A DNA stretch of 64,000 nt from Octopus sinensis (taxonomy: Eukaryota): the NCBI RefSeq assembly GCF_006345805.1, contig NC_043000.1, positions 77,562,001 to 77,626,000 on the forward strand, given 5' to 3'. Below the pieces are notes generated by a model that was not told where the DNA came from, made no database searches, and saw only the letters and a list, made by a program, of their open reading frames with translations. Positions 51,052 through 64,000 of the stretch are shown piece by piece (position 1 is the stretch's first letter; every line of letters starts with the position of its first letter). Both the position numbers and the translations under genes were made by a program.

Positions 51052-51246
51052 CAGTAATCCCTCACCATATCGCGGTTCACCTATCGCGCACACGGATCGC
51101 GGTTTTTTCTTGCTAACATATGTAAATTTATATCTCGGACTCCTCAGGGGTTTCTGCGGCCGATATGTATTTATAATTTTTTACATTTTAATTATTTCTT
51201 TGAAAGGTTTTGGAACGTAATACCCACGACAGTTGAGAGATTACTG
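51052..51246. mobile_element. Tigger/pogo-like MITE
   Basis: TA-cagtaatccctc ... gagagattactg-TA; second copy at 57684-57888. Confidence 0.75.
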
Positions 51247-51469
51247 TATACCGGAGAGGGACAAATATCATCCCGGCAGCGATTGCCCTTCTTAGGGCCT
51301 GTCAATAACGCGAACCTGCAGCTGTTGGCATAAATGAAATCTGTTACTTCAGAGATACAGAGCGGACAGTGAATAGTACATTCACTAATATTGCAGAATG
51401 CTTGTTGTGCTAAAATATACTCGGTGTGCACAACTAAAACAGTAATAAATTAGAAACGTCAACGAATCT

Positions 51470-51700
51470 TTTATATTTTATCCTTTATCTTTTACTTGTT
51501 GTAGTCATTGGGCTGCAGCCATGCTGGGGAACCCCCTTGACGAACTTTTACGAACAATCCCGCCCCAGTATTTTTATTTTACAGTATGATACTTATTCTA
51601 TCGCTTTCTTTTGTCAAATTGGTAAGTTACGTGGACGTAAACACACCTACTCCGATTGTTAAGCGGCGTTAGGGGACAAATACATACAAAGAGGCAAACA
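51470..51700 (-). mobile_element. SINE 3' half (54979-55403 family)
   Basis: cttttacttgttgtagtcattgggctgcagccatgctggg..acttattctatcg..gacgtaaacac. Confidence 0.6.
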
Positions 51701-51729
51701 CACATTGATATCTATATATATATATATAT

Positions 51730-52005
51730 AAGTAGGTGAATGAATTATCCTAGTATTGATAATTCGGTTAATCGATACCTGGGTAGCAAATTCACGTCAG
51801 AAAATACAGTTGAAGCTACATGTCAAGGGCAGAAACCCCGTGTTCTTGTGTGGTAATTTGTGTGTTTTTTTATATGAATAAATGGAGTCGAACGAAGATT
51901 TTAACAAAATTCCTTTACTCTCAACACATGTTTCGAAGAGTATGCAGTCTTTGAAACATGTGTTGAGAGTAAAGGAATTTTGTTAAAATCTTCGTTTTAC
52001 TCCAT
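51730..52005. mobile_element. PLE-type remnant ending in a ~124-bp hairpin of hammerhead 3' halves
   Basis: 51882-52005 is palindromic with GAAACATGTGTT on both arms; similar to 58064-58500; (TA)n-bounded. Confidence 0.55.
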
Positions 52006-52010
52006 ACTCT

Positions 52011-52102
<92 letters not shown>

Positions 52103-52189
52103 TGTGTGTGTGTGTTTACGCGTGTGTGTGTGTGTGTATTATGTATGTGTGTATGTATGTGTGTATGTATGTATGTATGTATGTATGTA

Positions 52190-52232
<43 letters not shown>

Positions 52233-52265
52233 GTATGTGTGACTGTGTAAGTGTGTGTGTTTGTA

Positions 52266-54718
52266 CAGAGGTGGGCACCTTTAATCGAAAAGCTAACTTC
52301 TTTAATCGTTAATCCGTTAACGTTAACTTTTATTGAAAAAAAGCATATCTACAGTTTAATACCCCACCGACTTCGTTGCCTCATAACTTCCAGGAAAATG
52401 GACAATTTTTAACGAAACTTTCACCAAATAATCGCTTATGTCCAGAGTTATGTAAAGATTTGTTGGTAAAAGTTTTCCGAAAATTTGGGGAAAGGGGTTC
52501 TGGAAAATTCACAGGATCCGACAGTTCCCCCCTCATAACTTTCTGGAAATAGGTATTTTTTTATGAAATTTCATACAAATATCTTTCAAACGATGTAGAT
52601 TACAATTACAAAGAAATTTGTACACAAAAGTTTTGGAAGGAGGCGGGGGATGGGGAGAGGAGCTTCTGGAAAGCGGAGTTTCTGATCAGACGGCTCACAT
52701 AAGTTGGAATTTCTCTATTTTGATGGAGATTTTTTCCAATGTTTTTCACCAAAGTCTTTATCTTTTCACGAAAAAAGAAAAAAATTTGAAAATTTTCTTT
52801 AGTCCCGCCACTCTCTTACCACCCCAGTCCGAAAGGATTTTGGCCATTTTTTGTCACTACGCACTTAAAACCCGTGAAAGAAACATTTTCGGTTTTTAAA
52901 ATATTGTTAATAATTTCAGATGAAAATGTCATTTAAGTGAGATCTAGATGTTCTTTCTAGCCCATCCCCAAACCTCCCTCCTCATTTCTTTCTCACTCCC
53001 ACATCTATTGATATTTTTCAATATTTTTCTCCCAATAAACAAATTTTATGAAATGATGATGTAAAAGTAATACACGTGTAGTTCCAACCGAGCAAGCCCG
53101 TGTGTGTGTAAGAAAAGAGAAACACCTAAAAACAACTTTAGGGCTCATATTAGTCTGTCAAAAGTAATACTTCTTTGTTCACGTTATTTTGAATTATTCA
53201 GATTCAAGAGGAGTGTCCACAATATTTGCTTGTAACTTTGTATATTTTTTACATACAAGTATGAAATTTTGTCAGTGGGTGCTTTATATACCACTGGCTT
53301 ATAGTTATGTAATTTTAGCAGATCTTGCTGAATAAATTTGACTTTTATGGGTAGGTAAATTTAATTAACAAGTGTAAAAGCAATAACATTATGGATAAAC
53401 AAAATTGAAATTCTAAATGCATCTTACCTGTTTGATTTGTTACTAAAATTATTCCAGATGTCAACCGACAGAAAGTTTTGCCACTTTTCAATATGAGGTA
53501 CATTGATTTGAATTACTTAAAATACAGGTATAATCGTTAAAAGATTTTATTCTTTCGGTAAATATTTTGTACATCGGTGTGGAATAATTTTTTCCAGTTT
53601 TTTTGGGGGGGGGGGGGCATTCAAGAAAGGTGGGAGGAGTGGTAGGGATATCGAAGTTTCTCTCTAATGGGGTTTTGTTTCGTGGGTCTTTTTTCCCCTT
53701 TTTCCAGGTTATTTTGCATGCTTTCAACGAATGTAAATCGAAATCACACGTAAACGGCTCCTTTTTTCAGAACATGAAAGATTTGGCCGCTATTTCTAGC
53801 ATGCCCTGCTTACCATGTAATAGCTATTTGCCTTCACGCCGAAATATTTACCAACTTTTTTCCTTCCATTTATTTTTTCCACTTTATAGAAGTCAATATT
53901 TTTTCTATTGACATCCACCTTAGTTAATTTTGCTTTTCTCCCAGTTCTGTGCTTTCTGGAAGAAAATCCCTCACATTATTTCAAAGCTACGAGAGTTCAC
54001 AAACGTGATTTGTTTATTAAAAAACAAAAAAATACATTTGTAGAGGAATTAAATACAACGGGTTTTGGCCGGTTTAAACTCTAAAGGGTAAAAAGTGCTA
54101 AACTATAAAATCAGTTTTTTTTGGCCTTTTTGAGGGCTTTAGAACCCCAAAACTATAGTTTTTTTTTGCTTTAGAGCTAAAGAATGCTGATTTTATAGTT
54201 TAAAATTTTAAAGGACCTAAAAAAGGCTGATTCCATAGTTTTGGCCCTTTTTTTAGAGCCAAAAATGGGTTTAAAAAATTCAAATGAAACAATATTAGTA
54301 TTAAACTAAAAAACGTTTATTGATAAAGTGGCCGTAAAAAAATACAAATAAGAATAATAAAAAACACGTTATATATATAATTCTCTCCGTGACACAGCAA
54401 GGTCACGGATCTAGTGGAAACACACTAATCACTGTTCCCTCTTGATAGGACGAAGAAATTTCCCGCTATCTTTGCAAGCAACAAGCGGATGGATTTGGTT
54501 CGAAATTCAGGCAGGGCCAAACGGCGTTATATCAGGGTTGGAAGAATGACTCGTACAATATGCTGAAAAATAGAATCTGAAACAATAGAAACTTTTAGAC
54601 GCCTACCGGTTTTTATGACATTTTTAGGTTAACAGATTGGAGTTAAAGGAAGCTAAATGTAACGGAAGTTAATTAGTCCGATAACGATTTTCAAAGTTAA
54701 CTTAAAAGTTTCCCATTG
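52266..54718. mobile_element. Possible decayed non-autonomous DNA transposon (hAT-like ends) with nested repeats
   Basis: Left end cagaggtgggcacctttaa and right end ttaaaagtttccca, both with gttaac-type subterminal motifs. No ORF. Confidence 0.3.
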
Positions 54719-54978
54719 AGATGTGTAACGCTCGTCAATGACGTATGCTCTGTAATCACATACCGAGACGGACTTTGTTATTTACGATTTATAGTAAAGA
54801 AGCCTGGCAAGCTATCCGCAATGATTAGTCTCTTGAACGGTGAGATATGTCTGGCGTTCATATGAATCGCTCCTTGGAGGATATTCGTCTCACTCCGGTG
54901 TATATTGTGCTTTATCAACATATCAATGGTTTTTTCTCAGACAAAACCACAGCATCATGTCTATAAATGATGTATATA

Positions 54979-55403
54979 GGCGGTGTGGCTGTGTGATAAG
55001 AAGTTTGCTTCTCAAACACATGGTTCTGGGTTCAATCCCACTGCGTGACACCTTGGGCAAGTACCTTCAGCTATAGCCTCCGGCCGACTTGTGAGTGGAT
55101 TTGGTAGACGGAAACTGAAAGAAGCCCGTTGTGTATACACACACACACATATATATGTATGTATGTATGTATATGTATATGTATATATTTGTATGTCTGT
55201 GTTTGTTCCCCCACCATCGCTTGATAACCGATGTTGGTGTGTTTACGTCTCGTAACTTAGCAGTTCGGCAAAACAGACCGATAGAATAAGTACTAGGCTT
55301 ACAAAGAATATGTCCTGGGGTCGATTTCCTCGACTAAAGGTCCTCCAGCATGGCTGTAGTCAAATGACTGAAACAAGTAAAAGAATAAAAGTATAAAAGA
55401 ATA
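54979..55403 (+). mobile_element. tRNA-derived CORE-type SINE with internal microsatellite
   Basis: A box tggctgtgtga, B box ggttcaatccc, CORE-like caccttgggcaagt, tail ccagcatggctgtagtcaaatgactgaaacaagtaaaag. Confidence 0.8.
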
Positions 55404-56822
55404 CGGTAAAGAAACACACGGATATCTTTCATAATTTAATGCTGCTTAGATTGCGTACACCGAGAAAATACTATGCACATCATCTTGGATAAAACGCATT
55501 TTTTTAGAGACAGAGAATGAGAGAGAAGAAGAAAGAGAGAGGGAGGTAAAAAAGGGGAGTGAGAGAGAGATTCAGAAGAAGAGTAGAGATGATGGTAAAA
55601 TTTTGATGGTGAGATAGCTAAAAGAAGAGAAGTGTATTGGCAAGTTCTAACGGAAGGGATGATCAAAAGAAGAGAAAGCTAATTCTCGACAGACGAAAAC
55701 GATGTAACGGAACCAATACCCAATTGCTTATCGTTTTGATATTCGGCGAAACTAAGACAATATTTTTGTTTATTTATATCACATTTAATCTTTCTGTAAT
55801 ACTTTACTTTTTTTTGCTGTTGTGTTTATATTTAATGTTGTTTATTGTTGGTTGTTAGGCAATTGGATTTATTACTTTTGTCGCTGTTTTGGGCTTCCTC
55901 TTCCGCCTACTATTTGTCCTCCTCCCCCCTCTTCTCTTCTACCTCCTTATCCCCCCTTCTTCACCACCCCTCCTCGTCAAACTACCATTATTATCCTTTT
56001 CATTTATCACTTTGTAGACACTTTTCTCCCACTCTCAATTTGTCTCACATTTCTCTCTCTATCTTTCTTTATCTCCCCCATTTCTCTTTCCTCCCCCTTT
56101 CTCTCATTGTCGCTACTTCTCGGTCCCTCCCTCTGTAAACTCTCTACCAGTAACCACAACTAATGACAGTCTGCCAAAACAGTGATTAGTTCAATAAAAC
56201 TTTCACTGCACCATAAAATAACTTTGTGTTATATACTGCAAGCTTTAACGAAGTTGAATGCCAGGAATATTTCACAGTTTTTTCCTTGTGTTTATAATCA
56301 GATAATTGCGCCATATTAATCAAAGTGAATTAAGACATGCTTTCGTCTTAAATAATCACTATGTCATGACATTTATTTCTTCTATCAGCTACAACACGCA
56401 CAGAACAGAAATTATAGTGTTTTCATTAACAACTGCCAATCTGATAACAGACTATTTATTCTTCTGTTGGGATGTTTAATTCCTTACAAGTATTCCAAAG
56501 AAGAACAAGTAGTTGACATGTCACATCTGTTGAGTGTTGAGATATTCTGGTGTTAGTTTAAGATTTTACTTTAAAGTTTATATATTTACTTTGACCTCAG
56601 CACATATGTTAACTGTCAAATCTTTTAAGTATTCCAGATTACATCTAGATTCGAACGAACACATATACAGCTGCACTCTGTCCCTCGTCACAGCAAGGTT
56701 CTAATCTTGTTGCTTGTTTGTTGCAGAATTTTAGTTTCAATCAATCATTGGAATGATCCGATCTGTAAGATATGTCTATATCCTAGCAGTCTGACGTAAT
56801 ATCACTCGTCATCAGTTAACCA

Positions 56823-56914
<92 letters not shown>

Positions 56915-57030
56915 CTCTATCTCTATCTATCTGTCTGTATGCCTGTCTATCTCTCTGTATGCTTGTCTGCATGCCTGTCTGCCTGACTGTCTGTCTGTCT
57001 GACTTTGTCTCTCTCTGTCTATCTATTTCC
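56823..57030. repeat. (TCTA)n/(TCTG)n tetranucleotide microsatellite
   Basis: Direct observation. Confidence 0.95.
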
Positions 57031-57683
57031 CTCTCTTGACACATAGAGAGGCGGCAGTTTCTGAAGATCGAATCGTCTCTAGCTGATATATTACAGATGT
57101 AGAATACTACATATGCTCTCACAAATGCGGTATTAAACATACTTCTTCCAAATGTAGTTGTAAATAACTTATTCCATATAAATGTGATATTCTAAATTCA
57201 TCATTTACTCTTCATGGAGCCATCATGTTACTTTTAACTTTATTGAGTCATACGGTTATGTGAAAGGTTAGCTCTATAACAGGTTTGTATCGCAAGCCTA
57301 GATCTATCTCATGTCTATAACAGATGTATAACGACGATATTTGCTCTATATAAGTCCATATATTTATATCAGATCTTCGAGTCTTTAATAGATTTTTCTG
57401 TAACTAAGACTTTAAATCGGAGCAAGACCAGATTATTGTTCTGAGAAATATGAGGTATATCACCCTCCGGAACAAACTTAGAATCGTTTGTCTAAGAGTT
57501 TTAGCCTTTGGACACATCTTGATGGTCATGATCATACAGTGTGAATCGATAAACTTTTTAGTTGGTTCAACGTTACTCTCTCGACTCGTCCATCTGCCTC
57601 TCATGAGAACTCAGTCAATGTTCACACTTCTAAAGCTCCACCAGAAGAATACATAAATACACGCGCGCACACATACACGTATA

Positions 57684-57888
57684 CAATAACCCCTCACCAT
57701 ATCGTGGTTTACCTATCGCGCATTCAGTACATAGCAGCTTTTTATGACTGATATACGTAAATTTATATCGCGGACTCCTCAGTATATCAAGGTTTCTGCG
57801 GCCGATAGGTACTTATAATTTTTTAGATTTCAATTATTTCTGAGGGAGGTTTTGGAATGTAACACCCGCGATAGTCGAGGTATTAATG
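57684..57888. mobile_element. Tigger/pogo-like MITE (second copy)
   Basis: Colinear with 51052-51246 and TA-flanked. Confidence 0.7.
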
Positions 57889-57904
57889 TACACGTATATT
57901 TATA

Positions 57905-58011
<107 letters not shown>

Positions 58012-58021
58012 TGTGTGAGTG

Positions 58022-58063
<42 letters not shown>

Positions 58064-58068
<5 letters not shown>

Positions 58069-58500
58069 GGAGTTAAACTCAGGTGTTATTCAAATTCTTT
58101 TACTTCCGTCATATGTTTCGAAGACAACATTGGTATTATTCCAAAAGGAATGAAAACCAAACACATCAATAAAACATTTTAACATTCTGTTAAAATATCT
58201 TATTGATGTGTTTGGTTTCTTTCTTTCCCTGATGAGAAGATTGCATTGTTTTGCACTATCTTATTCCTTCTGAAATAAATCCAATGTTGTCTTCGAAACA
58301 TATGTCGGAAGTAAAAGAACTTGCATAACATCTGCGTTTAACTCCATTTATTTATTTATCTATATTATACAAAACATTTCACCTAAACCTGGAGTTTCTA
58401 CCTTTATAAATAGGCTGTTACATCCTTGTTACTTGTGTAAATTTTTGCTACCCTAGTAACTGTTTATTTATTTTTTCCGTGTTATTTGTATACACTGGGA
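58064..58500 (+). mobile_element. Fold-back PLE pLTR remnant
   Basis: 58064-58132 is inverted at 58281-58350; inner hairpin at 58154-58218; flanked by (TA)n. Confidence 0.65.
58225..58310 (+). ncRNA. Type I hammerhead ribozyme with canonical core
   Basis: ttcc CTGATGA gaaga..tcttc GAA ACATATGT C ggaa; G-C at the base of stem II, palindromic stem III, GUC site. Confidence 0.8.
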
Positions 58501-58554
58501 AAACACATACATATATACATACATAATACATATATATATATATATATATATATA

Positions 58555-59289
58555 CGGCAAAACGCCTTCCCTCCCGTCCAATGGACGGTGCTGAGTTATC
58601 AAACATTTAAACCAAATTTTCTCAAAACTTGTCCGACCGTCCCATAGGCCTCCCCTTTGCGAAAAACTGATTTAACCTAAAGTTGAGACACCAGCAAAAG
58701 AAGAAATAAAGATAGACTTTTTCTATTCCTAAGGAAAATGATTTTATTCACACAAATATGCAACCGAAGAGTTTAAAGTACTAGTAAAGATAAAGCTGTT
58801 GACTGGGAGAACACAAACATGGTTTAAACAGAAAGCTTGGCAGTAAAGAAACGTGCCTTTAAGCAGTACAAAAACAACAAAAAATGGAAGGTGCAGTTAT
58901 GTACAGGTTGATGGAAGAAAAGCAGGACAAAAACGATGCATGCAAATGGGTTAGCTGGCGGTAAATCTAAATGGAAAAGCATGATGAATTTATGAGAACG
59001 TACCTGGGACAATAATAAGTTTATCCGATAAAACATCTAGGAAACTGCATGTGCCTTTTTTCTCGCATACGCGTAGTATCGAACGCAACAGCTGATGTAC
59101 TTGTGCGTACAAATGCACGTTTCCATGGCTTTATCGATCGCATTCTCACCTGGAATCGATTTTTGTAATTTGTTCAAGACTTATATACGCCCTGATACCG
59201 TCAGTATCTACACATCAAATTTGAGCGCAATCAGATGGAGGATGCCCGAGATCCTAGAAGACACACAGACAGACAGACAGAACGGATTG

Positions 59290-59295
<6 letters not shown>
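58555..59295 (-). mobile_element. Helitron/HINE-like non-autonomous element
   Basis: Minus-strand 5' end tatataacaatccgtt(ctgt)n followed by gattgcgctcaaatttga; (TA)n-bounded. Confidence 0.4.
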
Positions 59296-59325
<30 letters not shown>

Positions 59326-59339
59326 CTCGGTTTCGACAT

Positions 59340-59605
59340 ATGAGAATCCGAGAACCTACACTTCCTTTGTCAGTCATAATGCTTATGCTGAATGTAACAT
59401 CTGAGTCCTGCTAACGATTTGCAAAGAACCCCGCAGATGTTGCAAGTATTAGGATTGCGGGTTGATGCAGACGGTACATTTGTAGCCGCTTTTCTCCTTT
59501 GCCTTGCATCCCTAAGCCTGTTAATGCTAGTTGAAATAAAGCCCCTTATATCATTTTAACACGACTGTCTCCATTTTGTTCGTTCCACGGCTATGTATTG
59601 CTAGT
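59340..59605 (-). mobile_element. RTE LINE 3' fragment (C-terminal zinc finger)
   Basis: Minus frame reads IAVERTKWRQSC*..RQRRKA..CNICGVLCKSLAGLRCYIQHKHYD*. Confidence 0.75.
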
Positions 59606-60185
59606 ATACTATGTGTACTTTGTATATATAGTAAAGAATTTCGTTGAAGAGATTTTCGTCACGTTGTGAGTTGTAGTGAAAAAAATATATAACAAAAGAA
59701 GGAAAATGCACAGAATGTATATATTTTTAACATATTTTATGAGATAGTTTTGCGATTTGCTATCCATGACTGGAAAATTGGTGAAAATATTGCAATTTCG
59801 TAGCATCTTAAGGAGCTTTTAGTCCATGTTGTTTGTATGAGAGTCTGTTTGTAAATGAACCAGCATGTAGAAAAATCTAAGGGGAGGTAATTGCTATTTC
59901 GAGATAGGGGATGTAATTGCACTTTTTGTAGGGTACACTTTTTGTAGAGTACACCTTTTTGAGGGAGGTTAAATTTATAGTATTTATATTACGAAGTTAT
60001 GAATTCAGTGAAATAAAATATGTACAAAGTTGGTTATGCCTACATGAATTAAAATATTTACAAAATCCAAAATTGGTTATGCACTCATATTCAGGCCCGA
60101 TTTGTGTTTTTCAATGAATATATTTTCCTTTCGTTTTTGGATTTGGTTTGCAAGATTTATGTGAGTTCGTGTGTTGAAGGATATA

Positions 60186-60441
60186 CTGTTGTGCCTGAGA
60201 AGAGTCATTTTCTTTTTTGCCTAATAATTTGACGTCATAAAATTTTCACTTATTACCTTCTTTATTTTTCTAAAATTTTCAATAGTTAAGGTTGCAAGAC
60301 GCAACGAAAATTTTAGAAAAATAAAAAGAAAATAAATGGAAATTTTACCGGCGAGTGTGTTAAATTATAATTTAAAAGAGAATGACTCTCCCCAGACACA
60401 ACAGGCATTAAAGGAGAATGACTCTCCCCAGACACAACAGT
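60186..60441. repeat. Imperfect inverted repeat plus a 27-bp direct duplication
   Basis: 60186-60280 pairs with 60308-60403; gagaatgactctccccagacacaacag occurs twice. Confidence 0.6.
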
Positions 60442-60814
60442 ATATTTTCTTTATTTAATCGTTCTTGTTTAGAAATTTTTTCCTTGCGCTTGCACTGGTA
60501 GATAGGAAAAACCGTAAAGTTTAGTCAGAGATAACCCCACACCTCTCTATGTGTTCATTTAATGGTATCTGACTATACCTTGAGAAATGAATCTATACCT
60601 TGAGAAGCGAATCCTTATGCAGTGTAGTGCTCCGTCTGAGTGACATCCTAATTGTGTCTACATCCTGAACAAGTTACCTCATAAATTAAATTTTCAGATT
60701 CACGAGGGAAACTGGTCTTAAATGTGAATCTCTGCCTATGTTTGAAGTGGAATTCCGAACCTTCCAGTAGGTCGGGACATGTTAAACAAATTGGACGTGG
60801 GAATTTTTTTATCT

Positions 60815-60828
60815 ATGTATATGTGTGC

Positions 60829-60873
<45 letters not shown>

Positions 60874-60890
60874 ATATGTATATATAATAT

Positions 60891-60947
<57 letters not shown>

Positions 60948-61057
60948 TATATAATATCATATATATGTGTATATATATATATATATATTCATATATTGTA
61001 TATATATATATAATATTCATATATATGTATATATATATATATATATATATTCATATG

Positions 61058-61098
<41 letters not shown>

Positions 61099-62630
61099 CA
61101 TATATATTATATATTGATATATATATATATATATTCATATATAGGTATATATATTCATATATATGTATATATATATTCATATATATGTATATATATATAT
61201 ACATATATATATTCATATATATGCATATATATATATACATATATATATACATATATATATTCATATATAGCATATATATATATACATATATATGCATATA
61301 TATATATTCATATATATGCATATATATATATCATATATATGTATATATATATATATATATATATTCATATGTATGTATATATATATATATATATATTCAT
61401 ATATATGTATATATATTCATATATATGTATATATATATATATATATTCATATATATGTATATATATATTCATATATATGTATATATATATATACATATAT
61501 ATATTCATATATATGCATATATATATATACATATATATGCATATATATATATATTCATATATATGCATATATATATATTCATATATATGTATATATATAT
61601 ATATTCATATATATGTATATATATATATATTCATATATATGTATATATATATTCATATATATGTATATAATATATATAGTCATATATATGTATATATATA
61701 TATATATATTCATATATGTATATATATATATTCATATATAGTATATATATTCATATATATGTGTATATATATATATATATATTCATATATATGTATATAT
61801 ATATATATTCATATATATGTATATAGACTGGCAACTGAAACTGGCTGTGGACAAGTGTACCACCATGCATTTTGGGAGAAAAAACCCTGCGTCCACATAC
61901 TCCCTCCACAACACTGATATCAAGAAATCCTCTTGCGAGCGTGACCTAGGCATCACTGTCAGCAGTGATTTGCGTTGGACAAAGCATATCTCTAAAATTG
62001 TCAAGAAGGCCGAGGGTGTCTTGGCATCACTCAGCAAGACTTTTGTTAGCAGCTCTCCAGCCATCTATTTAAAACTGTATACAGCTATGGTACGACCACA
62101 CTTGGAATTCGCATCATCAGTTTGGAATCCCTATCTTGCTCAGAACATTGACCTCCTGGAATCTGTCGAGAGACGTGCAACCAAACGCATACCCTCCATC
62201 AGACACCTACCATATTCTGATCGCCTTGTTTCCCTGGGCATGGATTCACTGAAGCTCCGGCGTGTGGCGACGGACTTGGTGAACACCCACAAGGTTATCA
62301 ACCACCTCACCAACAACAACACTGAACACCTTTTTGATCTTCATGTGTCTAACACACGTGGACATGCCTACAAAGTCAGAAAACAGCACAGCTCCCATGA
62401 CTTTCGGAAACATTTTTTCACGCTCAGGGTTGCTGAAGCGTGGAATAAACTGCCTGCATCAGTTGTTGACTGCCATGACACTGCATCCTTTAAGGCCCTC
62501 ATGCTTCCCGAAATCCGTCGAAACTACACCTGATTATATATACACTTTAGATGAGTTGTAGTGCACCTGAGCACTGTACACAATTATTATTATTATTATT
62601 ATTTTATTTTTATTATTATATATATTCATA

Positions 62631-62672
<42 letters not shown>

Positions 62673-62747
62673 ATATATACATATATATATACGCATATAT
62701 ATATATTCATATATATGTATATATATATATATATTCATATATATGTG

Positions 62748-62788
<41 letters not shown>

Positions 62789-63288
62789 TATATATATGCA
62801 TATATATATATTCATATATATGTATATATATATATATTCATATATATGATATATATATAATATATATATATATATATGCATATATATATTCATATATATG
62901 TATATATATATATTCATATAATGTATATATATATATATATATATATATAATATGCATATATATATTCATATATATGTATATATATATATATTCATATATA
63001 TGTATATATATATATATATAATATATTCATATATATGTATTATATATACATATATATGTATATATATAATATAATATATTCATATATGTATATATATATA
63101 TATTCATATATATGTATATATATATATATATATTCATATATATGTTATATATATATATATATATATTATTCATATATATGTTATATATATATATATATAT
63201 AATATATTCATATATAGTATATATATATAATATCATATATATATATATTCATATAATGTATATATATATATATATATATATATTCATA

Positions 63289-63334
<46 letters not shown>

Positions 63335-63378
63335 ATATGATATATATATATATAATATATATATATTATATATTCATA

Positions 63379-63431
<53 letters not shown>

Positions 63432-63465
63432 TATATTATATATATTCATATATGTATATATTTTA
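60815..63465. repeat. Very long degenerate (TA)n array with a ~20-nt higher-order unit (ttcatatatatgtatatatata)
   Basis: Direct observation; split by a LINE insertion. Confidence 0.9.
61826..62605 (+). mobile_element. 5'-truncated CR1-group LINE 3' end with (ATT)n tail
   Basis: Open frame DWQLKL..ERDLGI..VRPHLEFASSVWNPY..TRGH..WNKLP with stop at 62533; short 3'UTR stem-loop gtgc..gcac. Confidence 0.88.
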
Positions 63466-63612
63466 TTTGTTAGGGAATAAAAATTCCGGCATCAGTGGTT
63501 CAAATCATTCTCAATGAGGAAATATATATTTTTTCATTTAGAGATAGTAGGCCCCTTCATCCCACCATATAAAAGAATTTTAATTTAATTTAATACTTAC
63601 TACTTATATCTC

Positions 63613-63707
63613 GGCAACATGTGTTTCTTGAGGTTTATTTTCCGGTTCCTTAACTACGCCGTGTTTTGCAGGAACCTTTCTTAAAATATAATCCCGATCA
63701 TCAGGTC
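63613..63707 (-). ncRNA. Degenerate hammerhead motif (probable PLE pLTR remnant)
   Basis: Minus strand reads gac CTGATGA tcggga..cctcaa GAA ACACATGT T gcc; stems I and II are mismatched. Confidence 0.4.
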
Positions 63708-64000
63708 TCTACATCACTTTATCATAGCTTGATACTAAAAACTATATTTAATTTTAAACATATATGTGTATGTGTAAATAGGTTCGCCGGTTCGCCGGAC
63801 CTTAATGTACAAGCTATAATTTAATTCAAATAAAAAATTACAAATAAAAATAAAAAATACGAATAAAAATTTAAAATAAAAATTTACAAAAACTGTTCTC
63901 ACGTAACTTATGTCTATAAATATAAAATTGATAATATATAGGCATAAAAAAATTAAAATAAAATATATACTTGTGATGATATAAAATGATATAAAATTAA

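Overview
Eukaryotic, AT-rich, microsatellite-saturated DNA made almost entirely of transposable elements. The SINE/LINE/microsatellite make-up suggests a coleoid cephalopod such as Octopus (inference). No intact host gene is evident. Contents: (1) a near-intact Penelope-like element (RT + GIY-YIG, one in-frame TAG) with direct and inverted pseudo-LTRs at 17.2-21.9 kb, a Neptune-type PLE fragment, and several non-coding fold-back PLE remnants. (2) About a dozen type-I minimal hammerhead ribozyme motifs, intact or decayed, from at least six sequence families, several paired in opposite polarity. (3) Three families of R4/Dong retrotransposons plus a ~550-bp non-coding element, stacked in (TAA)n microsatellites. 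(4) A full-length GC-rich CR1-group LINE, other CR1/L2 and RTE fragments, maT and mariner transposons, Tigger-like MITEs, non-autonomous Helitrons and tRNA-derived SINEs. (5) An intronless, disabled EGF-NIDO-AMOP-VWD (mucin-4/SUSD2-like) gene copy at 46.1-48.7 kb. Most long ORFs in the track are microsatellite artefacts. All calls were made by eye and boundaries are approximate.
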